DNA of 64,000 nucleotides from a virus: IMG/VR virus record IMGVR_UViG_3300013137_000015, positions 1 to 64,000 of that record; one strand, 5' to 3'. Shown piece by piece: positions 18,828 to 29,017 of this stretch (position 1 is its first letter; each line of letters starts with the position of its first letter). The notes under the pieces were generated by a model. It saw only the letters and a program-made list of their open reading frames with translations, ran no database searches and was not told where the DNA came from. The position numbers and the translations under genes were made by a program.

Positions 18828-21060
18828 AATCAAAGATTTTTATGAATTAATAAAAAATAATTCAGGTACATATGAAGTTAAAACTCCAGATGGATTTAAA
18901 CCAATAGGTAATATTTATAAAAAAAATAATAAGATAAAGTATAAAATATTATTTGAAAATAATATTGAATTAATAGCTTCTGAAGATCATCTTATACAAA
19001 CCGATACAGTTAATGTATCTGAAAACGATTTAAATTTAAATATAGAAATATTAGATAATAATACTTGGTTAAGATTAAAAAATCTTAAAAAATCCGATAA
19101 AATATTAACCAAAAATGGTTTATCATTTCCAAAAGAAATTACAAAAATAGGTTATGGTGTAACTTATGATTTAGAAGTATTAGATAAAGAACACAGATAC
19201 TATTCAAATGGTATTGTTTCACACAATACTGGAAAATCCGCCATTGTTAATGGTCTTGCACAACTTATTATTAAAGGCGAATGTCCTACAAACCTTTTAG
19301 ATAAAAAGATTCTTTCTATCGAAATGAGTTCTTTGGTGGCTGGTACTAAATACCGTGGTCAATTTGAAGAAAGAATGAAGGCTATCATTGATGAATTGAA
19401 AAAGAGAAATGATGTTATCATTTTTGTTGATGAACTACACACAATGGTTGGAGCTGGTAGTTCATCTGGTTCTCTTGATGCCGCTAATATTCTTAAACCA
19501 GCTCTTGCAAGAGGACAAATTCAATGTATAGGTGCAACAACATTTGATGAGTACAAAAACTCTGTAGAGAAAGATGGTGCATTGGAACGCAGATTTCAAA
19601 AAGTTATTATTGAACCACCTACAGCAGAAGAAACAAGAATCATTCTTGAAAAATTGAAAGAACGTTATGAAGATTATCATAATGTAAAGTATACTGATGA
19701 AGCAATAGACCTTTGTGTAAAATTAGCAGACCGTTTCATCTTTGAAAGATCATTTCCTGATAAAGCCATCGATATTCTTGATGAAGCTGGTTCACGCACA
19801 CAAATAAGCAAATCTATACCAGAACACATTAAGAAAATGAGCGAAGAAATAAAAAAAGTCATTGCTCTTAAACAATCATCAGTAAAACAACAAGATTTTG
19901 AAAAATCTGTCGTTTATCGTGACAAAGAAAAAGAACTTAAGAAAACTCTTGAAACTACTAAAGCAGAATGGAAAGAAAAGGTGGCTCAGAATGCACAAAT
20001 AGTAGATAGTGATGAAATTAGAAAGGTAGTGTCGATGATTTCAAAGATACCTGTTGAAAAAGTATCAACCAATGATGCTAAAAAGTATCTTGAACTCGAA
20101 AATATTATGAAGAAAGAGATTGTTGGACAAGATGAAGCAGTATCTCTTGTTGCAAGAGTTCTTAGAAGAAACAGAACAGCCATCTCAAACCCTAATAAAC
20201 CTATTGGAACATTTATGTTTCTTGGTAATACAGGCGTAGGTAAAACAGAAACAGCAAAAGTTATTGCAAATGAGATTTTTGGACCCAATTCGCTGATCAG
20301 AATTGATATGTCTGAATACTCTGAAAAAATCTCTGCATCAAGACTTACTGGAGCAGCACCAGGATATGTTGGTTATGAAGAAGGTGGTCAATTGACTGAA
20401 GCCGTAAGGCGTAAACCTTTTTCAGTTGTTTTATTTGATGAAATTGAAAAAGCACATTCTGACATTTATAATGTACTTCTTCAAATCCTTGATGAAGGTC
20501 GTTTAACAGACAATACAGGTCGTGTTGTTAATTTTAAAAACACTATCATTATAATGACTTCTAATGTTGGTGTTAAAAAGGCTCAAGCCTTTGGTAAAGG
20601 TGTTGGATTTACAACTTCTTCATCTCTTAAAGAAGAAGAAACTATTAAAAACAACATTATGAAAGAGTTGAAAGATAAATTTGCACCAGAGTTTTTAAAC
20701 CGTGTAAACGAATTGGTTACATTCAATCAACTGAATGAAGAAAATATCAAGGAAATTGTAAAAATTCAGATGAATAAATTGAAAAAACGCATTGATGACA
20801 TTGGATATGTTTTAAGTTGGACTCCTTCCGTAGTTGATTTTATCGCTAAGGAAACTTATGATCCTATGTACGGTGCAAGACCTGTTGAAAGAGGTATTCA
20901 GAAATTAGTAGAGGATATGATTTCAGAAGAACTTCTAAGAAATGAACCTTCATTGGGTTCTACCATGAAATTAAAATTCAGTAAGAAAGATAATAAACTT
21001 TCTGTGGCTTTCAACGAAAAGCCAACACTTGAATTGCCATCAGGTGATGTGACTGAATAA
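18817..21060 (+). CDS. clpC: C-terminal split-intein fragment (137 aa, to 19227) fused to the ClpC-like C-extein
   Basis: Block B ASEDHLI, block F TYDLEV, block G YYSNGIVSHN|TGKS. Then AGTKYRGQFEER, Walker B IFVDELH, a UVR-type M domain, D2 GNTGVGKT, GYVGYEEGG and a VGF ClpP loop. Confidence 0.92.
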   Translation: MEIKIKDFYELIKNNSGTYEVKTPDGFKPIGNIYKKNNKIKYKILFENNIELIASEDHLIQTDTVNVSENDLNLNIEILDNNTWLRLKNLKKSDKILTKNGLSFPKEITKIGYGVTYDLEVLDKEHRYYSNGIVSHNTGKSAIVNGLAQLIIKGECPTNLLDKKILSIEMSSLVAGTKYRGQFEERMKAIIDELKKRNDVIIFVDELHTMVGAGSSSGSLDAANILKPALARGQIQCIGATTFDEYKNSVEKDGALERRFQKVIIEPPTAEETRIILEKLKERYEDYHNVKYTDEAIDLCVKLADRFIFERSFPDKAIDILDEAGSRTQISKSIPEHIKKMSEEIKKVIALKQSSVKQQDFEKSVVYRDKEKELKKTLETTKAEWKEKVAQNAQIVDSDEIRKVVSMISKIPVEKVSTNDAKKYLELENIMKKEIVGQDEAVSLVARVLRRNRTAISNPNKPIGTFMFLGNTGVGKTETAKVIANEIFGPNSLIRIDMSEYSEKISASRLTGAAPGYVGYEEGGQLTEAVRRKPFSVVLFDEIEKAHSDIYNVLLQILDEGRLTDNTGRVVNFKNTIIIMTSNVGVKKAQAFGKGVGFTTSSSLKEEETIKNNIMKELKDKFAPEFLNRVNELVTFNQLNEENIKEIVKIQMNKLKKRIDDIGYVLSWTPSVVDFIAKETYDPMYGARPVERGIQKLVEDMISEELLRNEPSLGSTMKLKFSKKDNKLSVAFNEKPTLELPSGDVTE

Positions 21061-21072
21061 GAACAAATAACT

Positions 21073-21106
21073 AAAGTCCAAACAATTTTTTTGTTTGGAC
21101 TTTTTT
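21073..21106 (+). terminator. Terminator after clp
   Basis: AAAGTCCAAACAA..TTGTTTGGACTTTTTT. Confidence 0.75.
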
Positions 21107-21285
21107 GTATCTTTGTACTGTTGTTTAATCATAATCAAAATTTATATGACTCTCGAAAATGCCAAAAAATTAGTTGACAAATTAATGAGTAAAAACTTCA
21201 ATAGTATTTTATAATGAATAAACAAAAATTAGAAAAATAGTATAAATATTTTATAATATATAAAATTTTACTTATCTTTGCATTC

Positions 21286-21347
21286 GTGTTCCTATAGCAC
21301 ATTAAACTGTAGGTGGTGGCGTTTAAAGTGGATTAACGTCAAAATCC
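21286..21347 (+). ncRNA. Candidate structured leader RNA (tandem H-type pseudoknots)
   Basis: GC-enriched island immediately after a TATCTTTG box, with crossing complementary segments. Confidence 0.35.
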
Positions 21348-21370
21348 TCTCACAAAATAATATTATTTTT

Positions 21371-22462
21371 ATGACTATTCAAGAGTTTAATTCATTTATT
21401 AATGATAAATGCCAAGGTGCAAAACCTTTATTCGTTGTTATTAGAGGATCACATGCTTATGGCACAAATACATCAACCTCAGATACAGATTATGCTGGTG
21501 TATATATTCAGAAACATGATGATATATTGGGAATTTCATATAAAGAACAAATCAATGATGAAAAAAATGATATTGTATTTTATGAAATTAAAAGATTTTT
21601 AGAATTATTAAAGACTAATAATCCAACAATATTAGAATTATTAAACACACCAGAAGATTGTATTTTATTCAAAGACCCATTGTTTGATTCCATCTTAGAA
21701 AATAAAAACTCATTTATTACAAAAAAATGTAAAAATAGTTTTGGTGGTTATGCTAAGCAACAAATTTCTAAAGCTATTGGACAAGATAAAAAACAAAATT
21801 GGGAAAAAGAAAGAATTGAAAGAAAACAACCTATAGACTTTTGTTATATTCATTTAAATGAAAAATCAATTCCTTTAAAAGATTATCTTCAAAATAATAA
21901 TCTTTCACAAGAATTGTGTGGATTATCAAAAGTTCCTCATTCTAAAGATTTATTTGCATTATTTTATGATTTTTCAAACACTCATAATTTTAGAGGAATA
22001 AATTTTGAAAATTCTAATGATATAAGATTAACCTCTATACCAAAAATGTCAAATTTTATAGGATTAATATCTTATATAAAAGATGCTTATTCTACTCATT
22101 GTAAAGATTTTAATGAATATCAAACTTGGCTCAAAAACAAAAATGAACAAAGATGGATTGATGTGAAAAATCATAATCAGAAAATTGATGGCAAAAACAT
22201 GATGCATTGTAGAAGGCTTTTAAATATGTCAAGAGAAATTGCTTCAGGTAAAGGTATTATTGTTAAAAGACCAGATTCTATCGAATTATTAAAAATAAGA
22301 AAGGGTGAAATCGATTTACAAACATTAATAGATTCTGTTCAAAATGACATTAAAGAAATAGATTTATTATTTGATAATTCAAATTTACCAGATGATATAA
22401 ATGACAATTTAATAAATAATATACTTGTGAAAATCAGGAAAGACTATTATAAAAACTTTTAA
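21371..22462 (+). CDS. Pol-beta-superfamily nucleotidyltransferase (YcgL/PF10127-like)
   Basis: IRGSHAYG..SDTDYAGV and DGKNMMHCRRLL; ATG at 21371 preferred over TTG at 21278. Confidence 0.8.
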   Translation: MTIQEFNSFINDKCQGAKPLFVVIRGSHAYGTNTSTSDTDYAGVYIQKHDDILGISYKEQINDEKNDIVFYEIKRFLELLKTNNPTILELLNTPEDCILFKDPLFDSILENKNSFITKKCKNSFGGYAKQQISKAIGQDKKQNWEKERIERKQPIDFCYIHLNEKSIPLKDYLQNNNLSQELCGLSKVPHSKDLFALFYDFSNTHNFRGINFENSNDIRLTSIPKMSNFIGLISYIKDAYSTHCKDFNEYQTWLKNKNEQRWIDVKNHNQKIDGKNMMHCRRLLNMSREIASGKGIIVKRPDSIELLKIRKGEIDLQTLIDSVQNDIKEIDLLFDNSNLPDDINDNLINNILVKIRKDYYKNF

Positions 22463-22667
22463 ATAATAGATATTTTTTATATTTACGGCTTAATCCAAAA
22501 TTATCATTAAATCTATTGTTTCTTTTTTCAACATTTTGTTTTTATTTTTATATATTAAAAAATAAAATGTAAAAAATTCAAATATTACTGAATATGGGTT
22601 AAAACGAAAAAAGTTGAATTTACAATAAAATATATAAATTACTAATAATTAAAAAATCACACACTAC

Positions 22668-22904
22668 ATGGGAATTTGGGAAGTTGTATATGTAACTTTT
22701 GCATTTAAAAATGATAAAGGAATTGAAATAGAAAAAACGAAGACACATATTGTCTTTGGTGAAACAAAAGAGGACGCTAAGAAGAACTTTGAAAAAGAAA
22801 TTACAAAATTCAAAAAGATTAATTCTATCACAGAAGATAGAAGTAACACACTCGCTAATTTATGTCCTGAATTAATAAAGCTTAGGAATCAAATGCCGAA
22901 ATAG
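22668..22904 (+). CDS. Hypothetical protein
   Basis: 78-aa ORF. Confidence 0.5.
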   Translation: MGIWEVVYVTFAFKNDKGIEIEKTKTHIVFGETKEDAKKNFEKEITKFKKINSITEDRSNTLANLCPELIKLRNQMPK

Positions 22905-23575
22905 TTTTCGTACAATTTATTAACACTTTCAAAAGATTGTACAACACTTGGTATTTCTGGAGTTTTCTTAGATTTTAATAATCTATTTATTTTCTTTACT
23001 ATAACACTTATTATTTGTTTCAATGATATTGTCAAAACTCCTATACCTGTACTAACAAGTGCGCCTACTGGATTTGTCATAATCTTATCAAATGTATTAA
23101 AATCTAATTTATAAAGATTAATAACATCAATAATAGCAACTGAGAGAGGAACCAAAAGTGTCGTATATGCTATCATATCCATCATTCCTTTGATAGTTTT
23201 TCCAAAAGTAGTTGCAATTGTTTCAAATAGTTTTGTGAAATTTTTTAAAGTACTTATAAACTTATCAAGCAATTCTGTTAAACCTTTTTCTTTTATTAAA
23301 GTCATCATCTTATTTATATTATCTTTACTTTCTTTAAATAAAATGGAAACCGCACAAATAGATAATAATACTATATCTTGGTCTGATAATTTATACATTT
23401 CAGTGTTTTTGACTATTGATTCAAAAAACGGATATAATGCAGCAATAGAAGTACCGAAAGTCGCAACACAATATAAATTAATACCCAAATCTTTAGTTAC
23501 AAGTCTTTGTGTTTTGTACCATTTATTAAAAAATAATCCTTCAGATAATTGATTATAAGTCTTTAAAGTTCTCAT
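22889..23575 (-). CDS. Hydrophobic (membrane-like) protein with the shared leader
   Basis: MRTLKTYNQLSE; several hydrophobic helices; late box at 23582. Confidence 0.7.
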   Translation of the reverse strand: MRTLKTYNQLSEGLFFNKWYKTQRLVTKDLGINLYCVATFGTSIAALYPFFESIVKNTEMYKLSDQDIVLLSICAVSILFKESKDNINKMMTLIKEKGLTELLDKFISTLKNFTKLFETIATTFGKTIKGMMDMIAYTTLLVPLSVAIIDVINLYKLDFNTFDKIMTNPVGALVSTGIGVLTISLKQIISVIVKKINRLLKSKKTPEIPSVVQSFESVNKLYENYFGI

Positions 23576-23691
23576 ATGTTCTATATATTAAAATTTTCAA
23601 ACAATAAATATTTTAAATCATATAACTACATGATAATTTTTTTATTTAAAAATATGTTCTTATCTTTGTATTAATATTAAAATAAACAGAT

Positions 23692-24090
23692 ATGCAAGAA
23701 AACGACAAAAATGTGTATGTGACTAAAACTCTGGTAGAGAAAACTGAATTTTCTGAATTGGATTTTGATTTATATGATGAATTCAGGTTCTCATGCGATG
23801 AAGATAATGATTTTATAGAAATCGAAAAGGGTCGTGGTTATGCTGATACATACCCAATAAAAATCGAAAAACTTATTGAGAAATTACAATCTCTAAAAGA
23901 AAAGGGTTCAACACATGTTGAATTAAGTTATCTTTGTGACCACATAGGTTATAACATCGATGGTTACAAAATGGAACTATCAAATAATAAAGATATTTCT
24001 GATTATAAGATTAAAAACAAATTTGAAAGAGATAAATACGAGAAAATAAAAAAATTACAAGACGAGATTAGGCAAATTGAAAGAACCTAA
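23692..24090 (+). CDS. Hypothetical early protein
   Basis: ORF after TATCTTTG at 23661. Confidence 0.65.
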   Translation: MQENDKNVYVTKTLVEKTEFSELDFDLYDEFRFSCDEDNDFIEIEKGRGYADTYPIKIEKLIEKLQSLKEKGSTHVELSYLCDHIGYNIDGYKMELSNNKDISDYKIKNKFERDKYEKIKKLQDEIRQIERT

Positions 24091-24143
24091 TCCGTTTTTT
24101 TATTCGAATAACAATTAATAATTTTACATTAAAATAAAAATTT

Positions 24144-25025
24144 ATGGCACGAGCAAGACGAATTGAAAAAACCTACGATAAGGATGCTATTTTCGTAACA
24201 CTTGATAACCTCAAACTTTCAAGAAATAATAATAACATTCTTACTCATTACGATGACAGGCTGATAGCAAACACAATCGTAACAGATAAATATGAACTTT
24301 TTGATTTTCCGCCATTTGCTAAGCAAGTGATTGCAGAAATTGAAAACTATTTCTCACCTGAGAAATATGAACTCAGAATTACAAAAGGTCAGCAAGAACT
24401 TCGCCTTATTGGTGAAGACATTCTTATCAATGACCATCGTTATCGCAAAATGTTCAGCATTTTGAACTCAACTGATAAATCAAGGGCTCTTCAAATTAAC
24501 ATTGGTCTTATGAGATATGTACAATCAGTATATATCAATGGTGTTATTATTGGTGATGAATATTCTGGTCTTAGAACCAAACACTTCAAGGCTACTATGC
24601 CAGAAAGAGTTGCTAATTTTGTAGAAATTCTTAAAGACTTTGATATTATCATCAATTCACAGAAAAAAGCACTTGAAGAACTTGCTAATAAATCTGTTTC
24701 TTTCAAGAAACTTGCTACAAAAGTTGCTCTTGATGAAGATGGCGTTATGAATGATAACAAAGCTCTCAAACTAAGAGCATTTGCAAAGAGACTTCTAACA
24801 TCTAAAATAGATGGTATTGAAGGATTGGATGATACTCAGTTACTTCTTTTAAGAAATCCTCATTTCTTTAACAAGCCTGAATATGCAAATGTTGATTTTG
24901 AAATTCCTGCACTCAAAGCTCTTAACTGTTGGACAGAAGTTTATAAATTATATGATTCTTCAGTTATCAGAAGAGAGACAAAGAGAATTATTGACCTCTT
25001 TGCTGTTGAAGAAACCAAAGAATGA
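24144..25025 (+). CDS. DUF932-like protein
   Basis: ILNSTDKSRALQINIGLMR..NG resembles the LxNSHDGSxA..G..R..NG motif. Confidence 0.5.
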   Translation: MARARRIEKTYDKDAIFVTLDNLKLSRNNNNILTHYDDRLIANTIVTDKYELFDFPPFAKQVIAEIENYFSPEKYELRITKGQQELRLIGEDILINDHRYRKMFSILNSTDKSRALQINIGLMRYVQSVYINGVIIGDEYSGLRTKHFKATMPERVANFVEILKDFDIIINSQKKALEELANKSVSFKKLATKVALDEDGVMNDNKALKLRAFAKRLLTSKIDGIEGLDDTQLLLLRNPHFFNKPEYANVDFEIPALKALNCWTEVYKLYDSSVIRRETKRIIDLFAVEETKE

Positions 25026-25105
25026 ATGGTGAACGGCTGGGTATTGGCTTTCGTTGCCGATGCTCAATTAACCACAAATAATTGTTAAATGCTAAACTAA
25101 AAAAT

Positions 25106-25339
25106 ATGAATGAACTTTCAAAAAGCCCACAAGACAATGAAGCTAATTTATCGGTTGTTTTTCGTCCTAAAACACGAGGAGAATTACTCGATAAATTAAA
25201 GCAAGGCATAAGGTGTGAAGTGGTTGCATCAAACGAGGAAATAACATCTATTTGTTTAGATGGTTGGTTAAAATTTGCAGGTAAGTATAAAACCTACCCA
25301 TCTGATAATATTGGTTGGGTTATTTACGAGACTCTTTAA
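25106..25339 (+). CDS. Hypothetical protein whose start lies inside a long imperfect inverted repeat
   Basis: ATG at 25106. Confidence 0.5.
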   Translation: MNELSKSPQDNEANLSVVFRPKTRGELLDKLKQGIRCEVVASNEEITSICLDGWLKFAGKYKTYPSDNIGWVIYETL

Positions 25340-25753
25340 AATAACTGTCGTTGAAGAACTTGAAAGAAGAGATTTCAAATAATGACACAGGGTGGCATGA
25401 ATGAAACAGATACCATTATAAAATGGTAGATATGAAAAAAGAAATTATGATGTATTTTGTTTGAAAGACGGTGGGATTTTCCATTTGATAAACTTACAGA
25501 AGATGAACAAAAGGATATCTCTCTTGAAATAATTGAAGGAAGATATTCTATTGATGATACTTTTCAAGGTTAATTAAAAAAGTTTACATTTCGATGCAAC
25601 TTTTTTAATATATTAGAGTATAATATTGGATACATGAGAAACAGTTAAAATTTTCTAAAGTCTTGGTCTTTAACCATAAATAATAGAGAAAATCTATTGT
25701 AATTCTTTTTGTGTCTCAACTACTAAAAAATAATAACTAATTTAACTGATTTT

Positions 25754-26353
25754 ATGAATCATTTCGAAAAGAAATTTGAACAAAAGACTGGATTGAATTT
25801 CCAAAAGTTCTACAAAGACCAAAAGCCAAAGCTTACTTGGTATTTGTCAAAATGGACTAAAGACTTAGAAGTATCAGAAGATTTTGCGGATGATGCTTTT
25901 GTCAAAGCATTGATGAGTATTGATAGTTATGATGGTGTAAAGGCGCAAGTTCACACTTGGCTATACACAATAGCTGTAAACTTCGTAAAGAAGGATTATC
26001 AAGACAAGCAGAAACTTCCTTTAATTTCTATGGATAAGGAATTGTCTAATTCAGCTTCAATTAACATGTTCTTGCCTTATGTTGATGGTACAAAAGATAT
26101 GACTAGGTATAAAGAAATCTGTAAAAAAGCAGAAATAGTTAGAGATGCCATCTTCAGTATGTCAGAGAAACAACACAAGTATAAGAAAGTTCTTATTATG
26201 AGAGAAATTGAAAATATGTCTTATAATGAGATTTCTGACTCATTAAAATTAAACCTTTCAACAGTTAAATCACAGATTAAAAAAGGTCGTGAATTAATTT
26301 CTAAGAAAGTAGAAAAGAAATTGTCTTTTATAGACGAACATGGTTTAGAATAA
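25754..26353 (+). CDS. ECF-type RNA polymerase sigma factor
   Basis: Region 2 SEDFADDAFVKA..HTWLYTIAVN; region 4 MSYNEISDSLKLNLSTVKSQIKKGR. Confidence 0.88.
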   Translation: MNHFEKKFEQKTGLNFQKFYKDQKPKLTWYLSKWTKDLEVSEDFADDAFVKALMSIDSYDGVKAQVHTWLYTIAVNFVKKDYQDKQKLPLISMDKELSNSASINMFLPYVDGTKDMTRYKEICKKAEIVRDAIFSMSEKQHKYKKVLIMREIENMSYNEISDSLKLNLSTVKSQIKKGRELISKKVEKKLSFIDEHGLE

Positions 26354-26357
26354 TATT

Positions 26358-26382
26358 AAACCCCACTTCGGTGGGGTTTTTT
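26358..26382. terminator. Bidirectional terminator with a C(UUCG)G tetraloop
   Basis: AAACCCCAC-TTCG-GTGGGGTTTT. Confidence 0.85.
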
Positions 26383-27130
26383 ATTTAAACAATCTATTGA
26401 ACGCGGTTTTGAAAAATTCAGGTGTTATTTCACTTGATATAAAATATCTATCATTATTTTTGCATGTAAAAGCTGTAGTTCCAATTCCTCCAAATGGATC
26501 ATAAATTATACTTTCATGTGGAAAATAAATATCTAATAACTTAGAAACTAACTCTGTTGAAAATGTTGCTTTAAGATTTGTTTTTATACCATCATTATTT
26601 CGGGCTTCAATATAATTTGTGTAGTTTTTGTAAAATTTTTGACCAGTATTTTCGTTTATCTTACTAATCTCTTTATTTGTAATAAAATCTTGTAAATTTT
26701 TTTTATGTACCAATACATATATTAATTCACAAAGTCTAGATAATTTTGTTGGACTTGTTTGAAAAGGAATACTATTAGATTTTTTCCATATAATTATATC
26801 AGCAACAGTTAAGTTAGTCAGTTTATCTACATCATACATTAATTTTGTTGGTAATATCGGATTTTCATTGTGATAACTAATATTATAGCATATTACTCCT
26901 TTATCATGTAATATTCTGTCGAATTCGACAAATTCATTTATTCTTAAATCAATATAATCTTTTTCTAATAAGTTATCAATATCAGAATAACCATTATTAT
27001 AATAACAATCTTTTCGTTTTGTTGTTATATTATAAGGCGGACTTGTTATGATACCTGAAATATAATTATCAGGTATTTTTTTCATGGTAATTATGTTATC
27101 CTCATTATACAGAGTGTTTAATTTAATCAT
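26381..27130 (-). CDS. Beta-class N4/N6 DNA methyltransferase
   Basis: TSPPYN followed by DPFGGIGTT; likely start MIKLNTLYNED. Confidence 0.85.
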   Translation of the reverse strand: MIKLNTLYNEDNIITMKKIPDNYISGIITSPPYNITTKRKDCYYNNGYSDIDNLLEKDYIDLRINEFVEFDRILHDKGVICYNISYHNENPILPTKLMYDVDKLTNLTVADIIIWKKSNSIPFQTSPTKLSRLCELIYVLVHKKNLQDFITNKEISKINENTGQKFYKNYTNYIEARNNDGIKTNLKATFSTELVSKLLDIYFPHESIIYDPFGGIGTTAFTCKNNDRYFISSEITPEFFKTAFNRLFK

Positions 27131-27298
27131 TGAATCAAATATTATTTTTTCTTGATAAACCATCATATTATGTTTTATTTTATAATCAGATTTTAAACAT
27201 TTGTTGAATAATTCTCTTCTACCCTTGTGTAATTTTACACAACCATCGGCGAATAAAAATCCCAACCAATAAGATTTTTCTTCAGAATATTGTTTCAA
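27131..27298 (-). pseudogene. LAGLIDADG endonuclease remnant in frame with the MTase
   Basis: SEEKSYWLGFLFADGCV. Confidence 0.6.
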
Positions 27299-27345
27299 AA
27301 TAAAATAAATTTAAAACAAAAAATAATATATAGAATATATTTAGT

Positions 27346-27576
27346 ATGCCAGAAGAATGTAAATGTTCATGTTCAGTAAACAATAAAACCAAAAAGAAAC
27401 CAAACTTATTAAATAAATTATTGTTATGGTCTATAACCATATTCATGGTAATGTCCTTGATTATAATAGCTTATTCGCTATGGATTTTAATAATTGGAAT
27501 TGTTGTAATTGGATTAATAATCTTTGGTTCTATTGAATTTTTTAATAGATTAAATAAAAAGAAGAATGAAATATAG
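27346..27576 (+). CDS. Small membrane protein
   Basis: Long hydrophobic stretch, about two TM helices. Confidence 0.6.
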   Translation: MPEECKCSCSVNNKTKKKPNLLNKLLLWSITIFMVMSLIIIAYSLWILIIGIVVIGLIIFGSIEFFNRLNKKKNEI

Positions 27577-27910
27577 AGTTTTTACAAATGTTTTAGGTTG
27601 GTCAGATGCAATATATATTTTTGACAATGATACTACATTTAATGAAATTAAGAACAATCCAAGAACAAAATATTTAGATAAATCAAATTATATAGGCTCA
27701 TATGATTTTGATGAAAAAATCTTAAACCTATTCAACAAATCAGAAATATGTGGCAAACCTTATTATTACAAATTTATGTATATGAAAGATGATATACCAC
27801 AAGAAGAAAAACAATGGAAATTAATACCAGAATATGTTGAAAAAGAAGTAAAAAAATATAAAAACATAGATGCAGATGGATTTTCAGATGCATCACAATC
27901 ATTATTTTAA
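27566..27910 (+). CDS. Hypothetical protein
   Basis: Overlap-coupled ORF. Confidence 0.6.
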   Translation: MKYRVFTNVLGWSDAIYIFDNDTTFNEIKNNPRTKYLDKSNYIGSYDFDEKILNLFNKSEICGKPYYYKFMYMKDDIPQEEKQWKLIPEYVEKEVKKYKNIDADGFSDASQSLF

Positions 27911-27911
27911 T

Positions 27912-28145
27912 ATGCCAATCTCAGCACAAGAAGCAATGGATAAAGTATTCACCTTAGAATTAAAAGGTGATGAAGAAGCATGGTATCAAAAACTTTGTTT
28001 ATACACAGATTATCATATAGATAAATATTTTGATGGTAAGTTAATCAAATTGTCTTTTGAAAATTTGTCTATTCCAGATCCAAATAGAAGAGGTACGATA
28101 AACCTTGTTATGTGTAGGTGTGGATTATTATCACCAAAGAAATAA
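27912..28145 (+). CDS. Hypothetical protein
   Basis: MPISAQEA start immediately after the upstream stop. Confidence 0.45.
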   Translation: MPISAQEAMDKVFTLELKGDEEAWYQKLCLYTDYHIDKYFDGKLIKLSFENLSIPDPNRRGTINLVMCRCGLLSPKK

Positions 28146-28201
28146 TAATATAAAATGAAAAATAAAAACAATAAAATTTCATATTAAAAATAAAAATTAA
28201 A

Positions 28202-28561
28202 ATGTTTGAACAAACAGTAAATAAATTTAAAGAATTGTATATAATTCTTTTAAAATCAAAAGTTAAAAACGATTTGAAATCAAAACTAAAATTATTAGAA
28301 TTGGGTATTAAATGTGATTCTGGTTATGAGTGGATGTTAGAATTAATCAATTTTAATAAAGATATTATTAATTATTTTGATTCAATTGATAAAAAATATT
28401 GTAAAAAATATCACACATATAGAACAAATTATCCAGATATGCCTACAAAATTACCTGAAATATATCAAGATTTTAAATTATACACAACATATCTAATTGA
28501 AGAAAAGTATGAAAGTCTTGAAAATATAAGAATGGATATATTAAATAAATATAATATATAA
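28202..28561 (+). CDS. Hypothetical protein
   Basis: 119-aa ORF. Confidence 0.55.
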   Translation: MFEQTVNKFKELYIILLKSKVKNDLKSKLKLLELGIKCDSGYEWMLELINFNKDIINYFDSIDKKYCKKYHTYRTNYPDMPTKLPEIYQDFKLYTTYLIEEKYESLENIRMDILNKYNI

Positions 28562-28684
28562 ACTTTATATGTATTTTATTTACAATATTTAAAATTTTCT
28601 ACAAAATGTTGATTAGAACAATGACGGAACACTTATTTGAGCCAAATCTTAGAGAACTCAAATTAGAAAGAATTTTAGAAGAAG

Positions 28685-29017
28685 ATGTGTAAAGTAGTTC
28701 ATTGGAAAAAGGATGATTATGATGTTTATATTGGTCGTCTACCAAACGGTGAATATAACAAATGGGCATATCCGAAAGAATTAAGAGAAACATTTCCTGA
28801 AGGTACTCCAAGACAAACAATAATAAATGCTTACGAAGATTATCTTCTTTCAAAACCAGATTTAATGGCAGATTTACATGAGTTGAAATATAAAACATTG
28901 GGTTGTTGGTGTAAGAATAAAGGTGGAGGTGGAAAATCTTGTCACGGTGATATAATAAAAAAGTATGTCGACAAACTTGAAAAGATTGATGAACGAAAGA
29001 AATTAATTGATAATTAA
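28685..29017 (+). CDS. DUF4326-family protein
   Basis: DVYIGR..KW..P; LKYKTLGCWC..CHGDII. Confidence 0.75.
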   Translation: MCKVVHWKKDDYDVYIGRLPNGEYNKWAYPKELRETFPEGTPRQTIINAYEDYLLSKPDLMADLHELKYKTLGCWCKNKGGGGKSCHGDIIKKYVDKLEKIDERKKLIDN

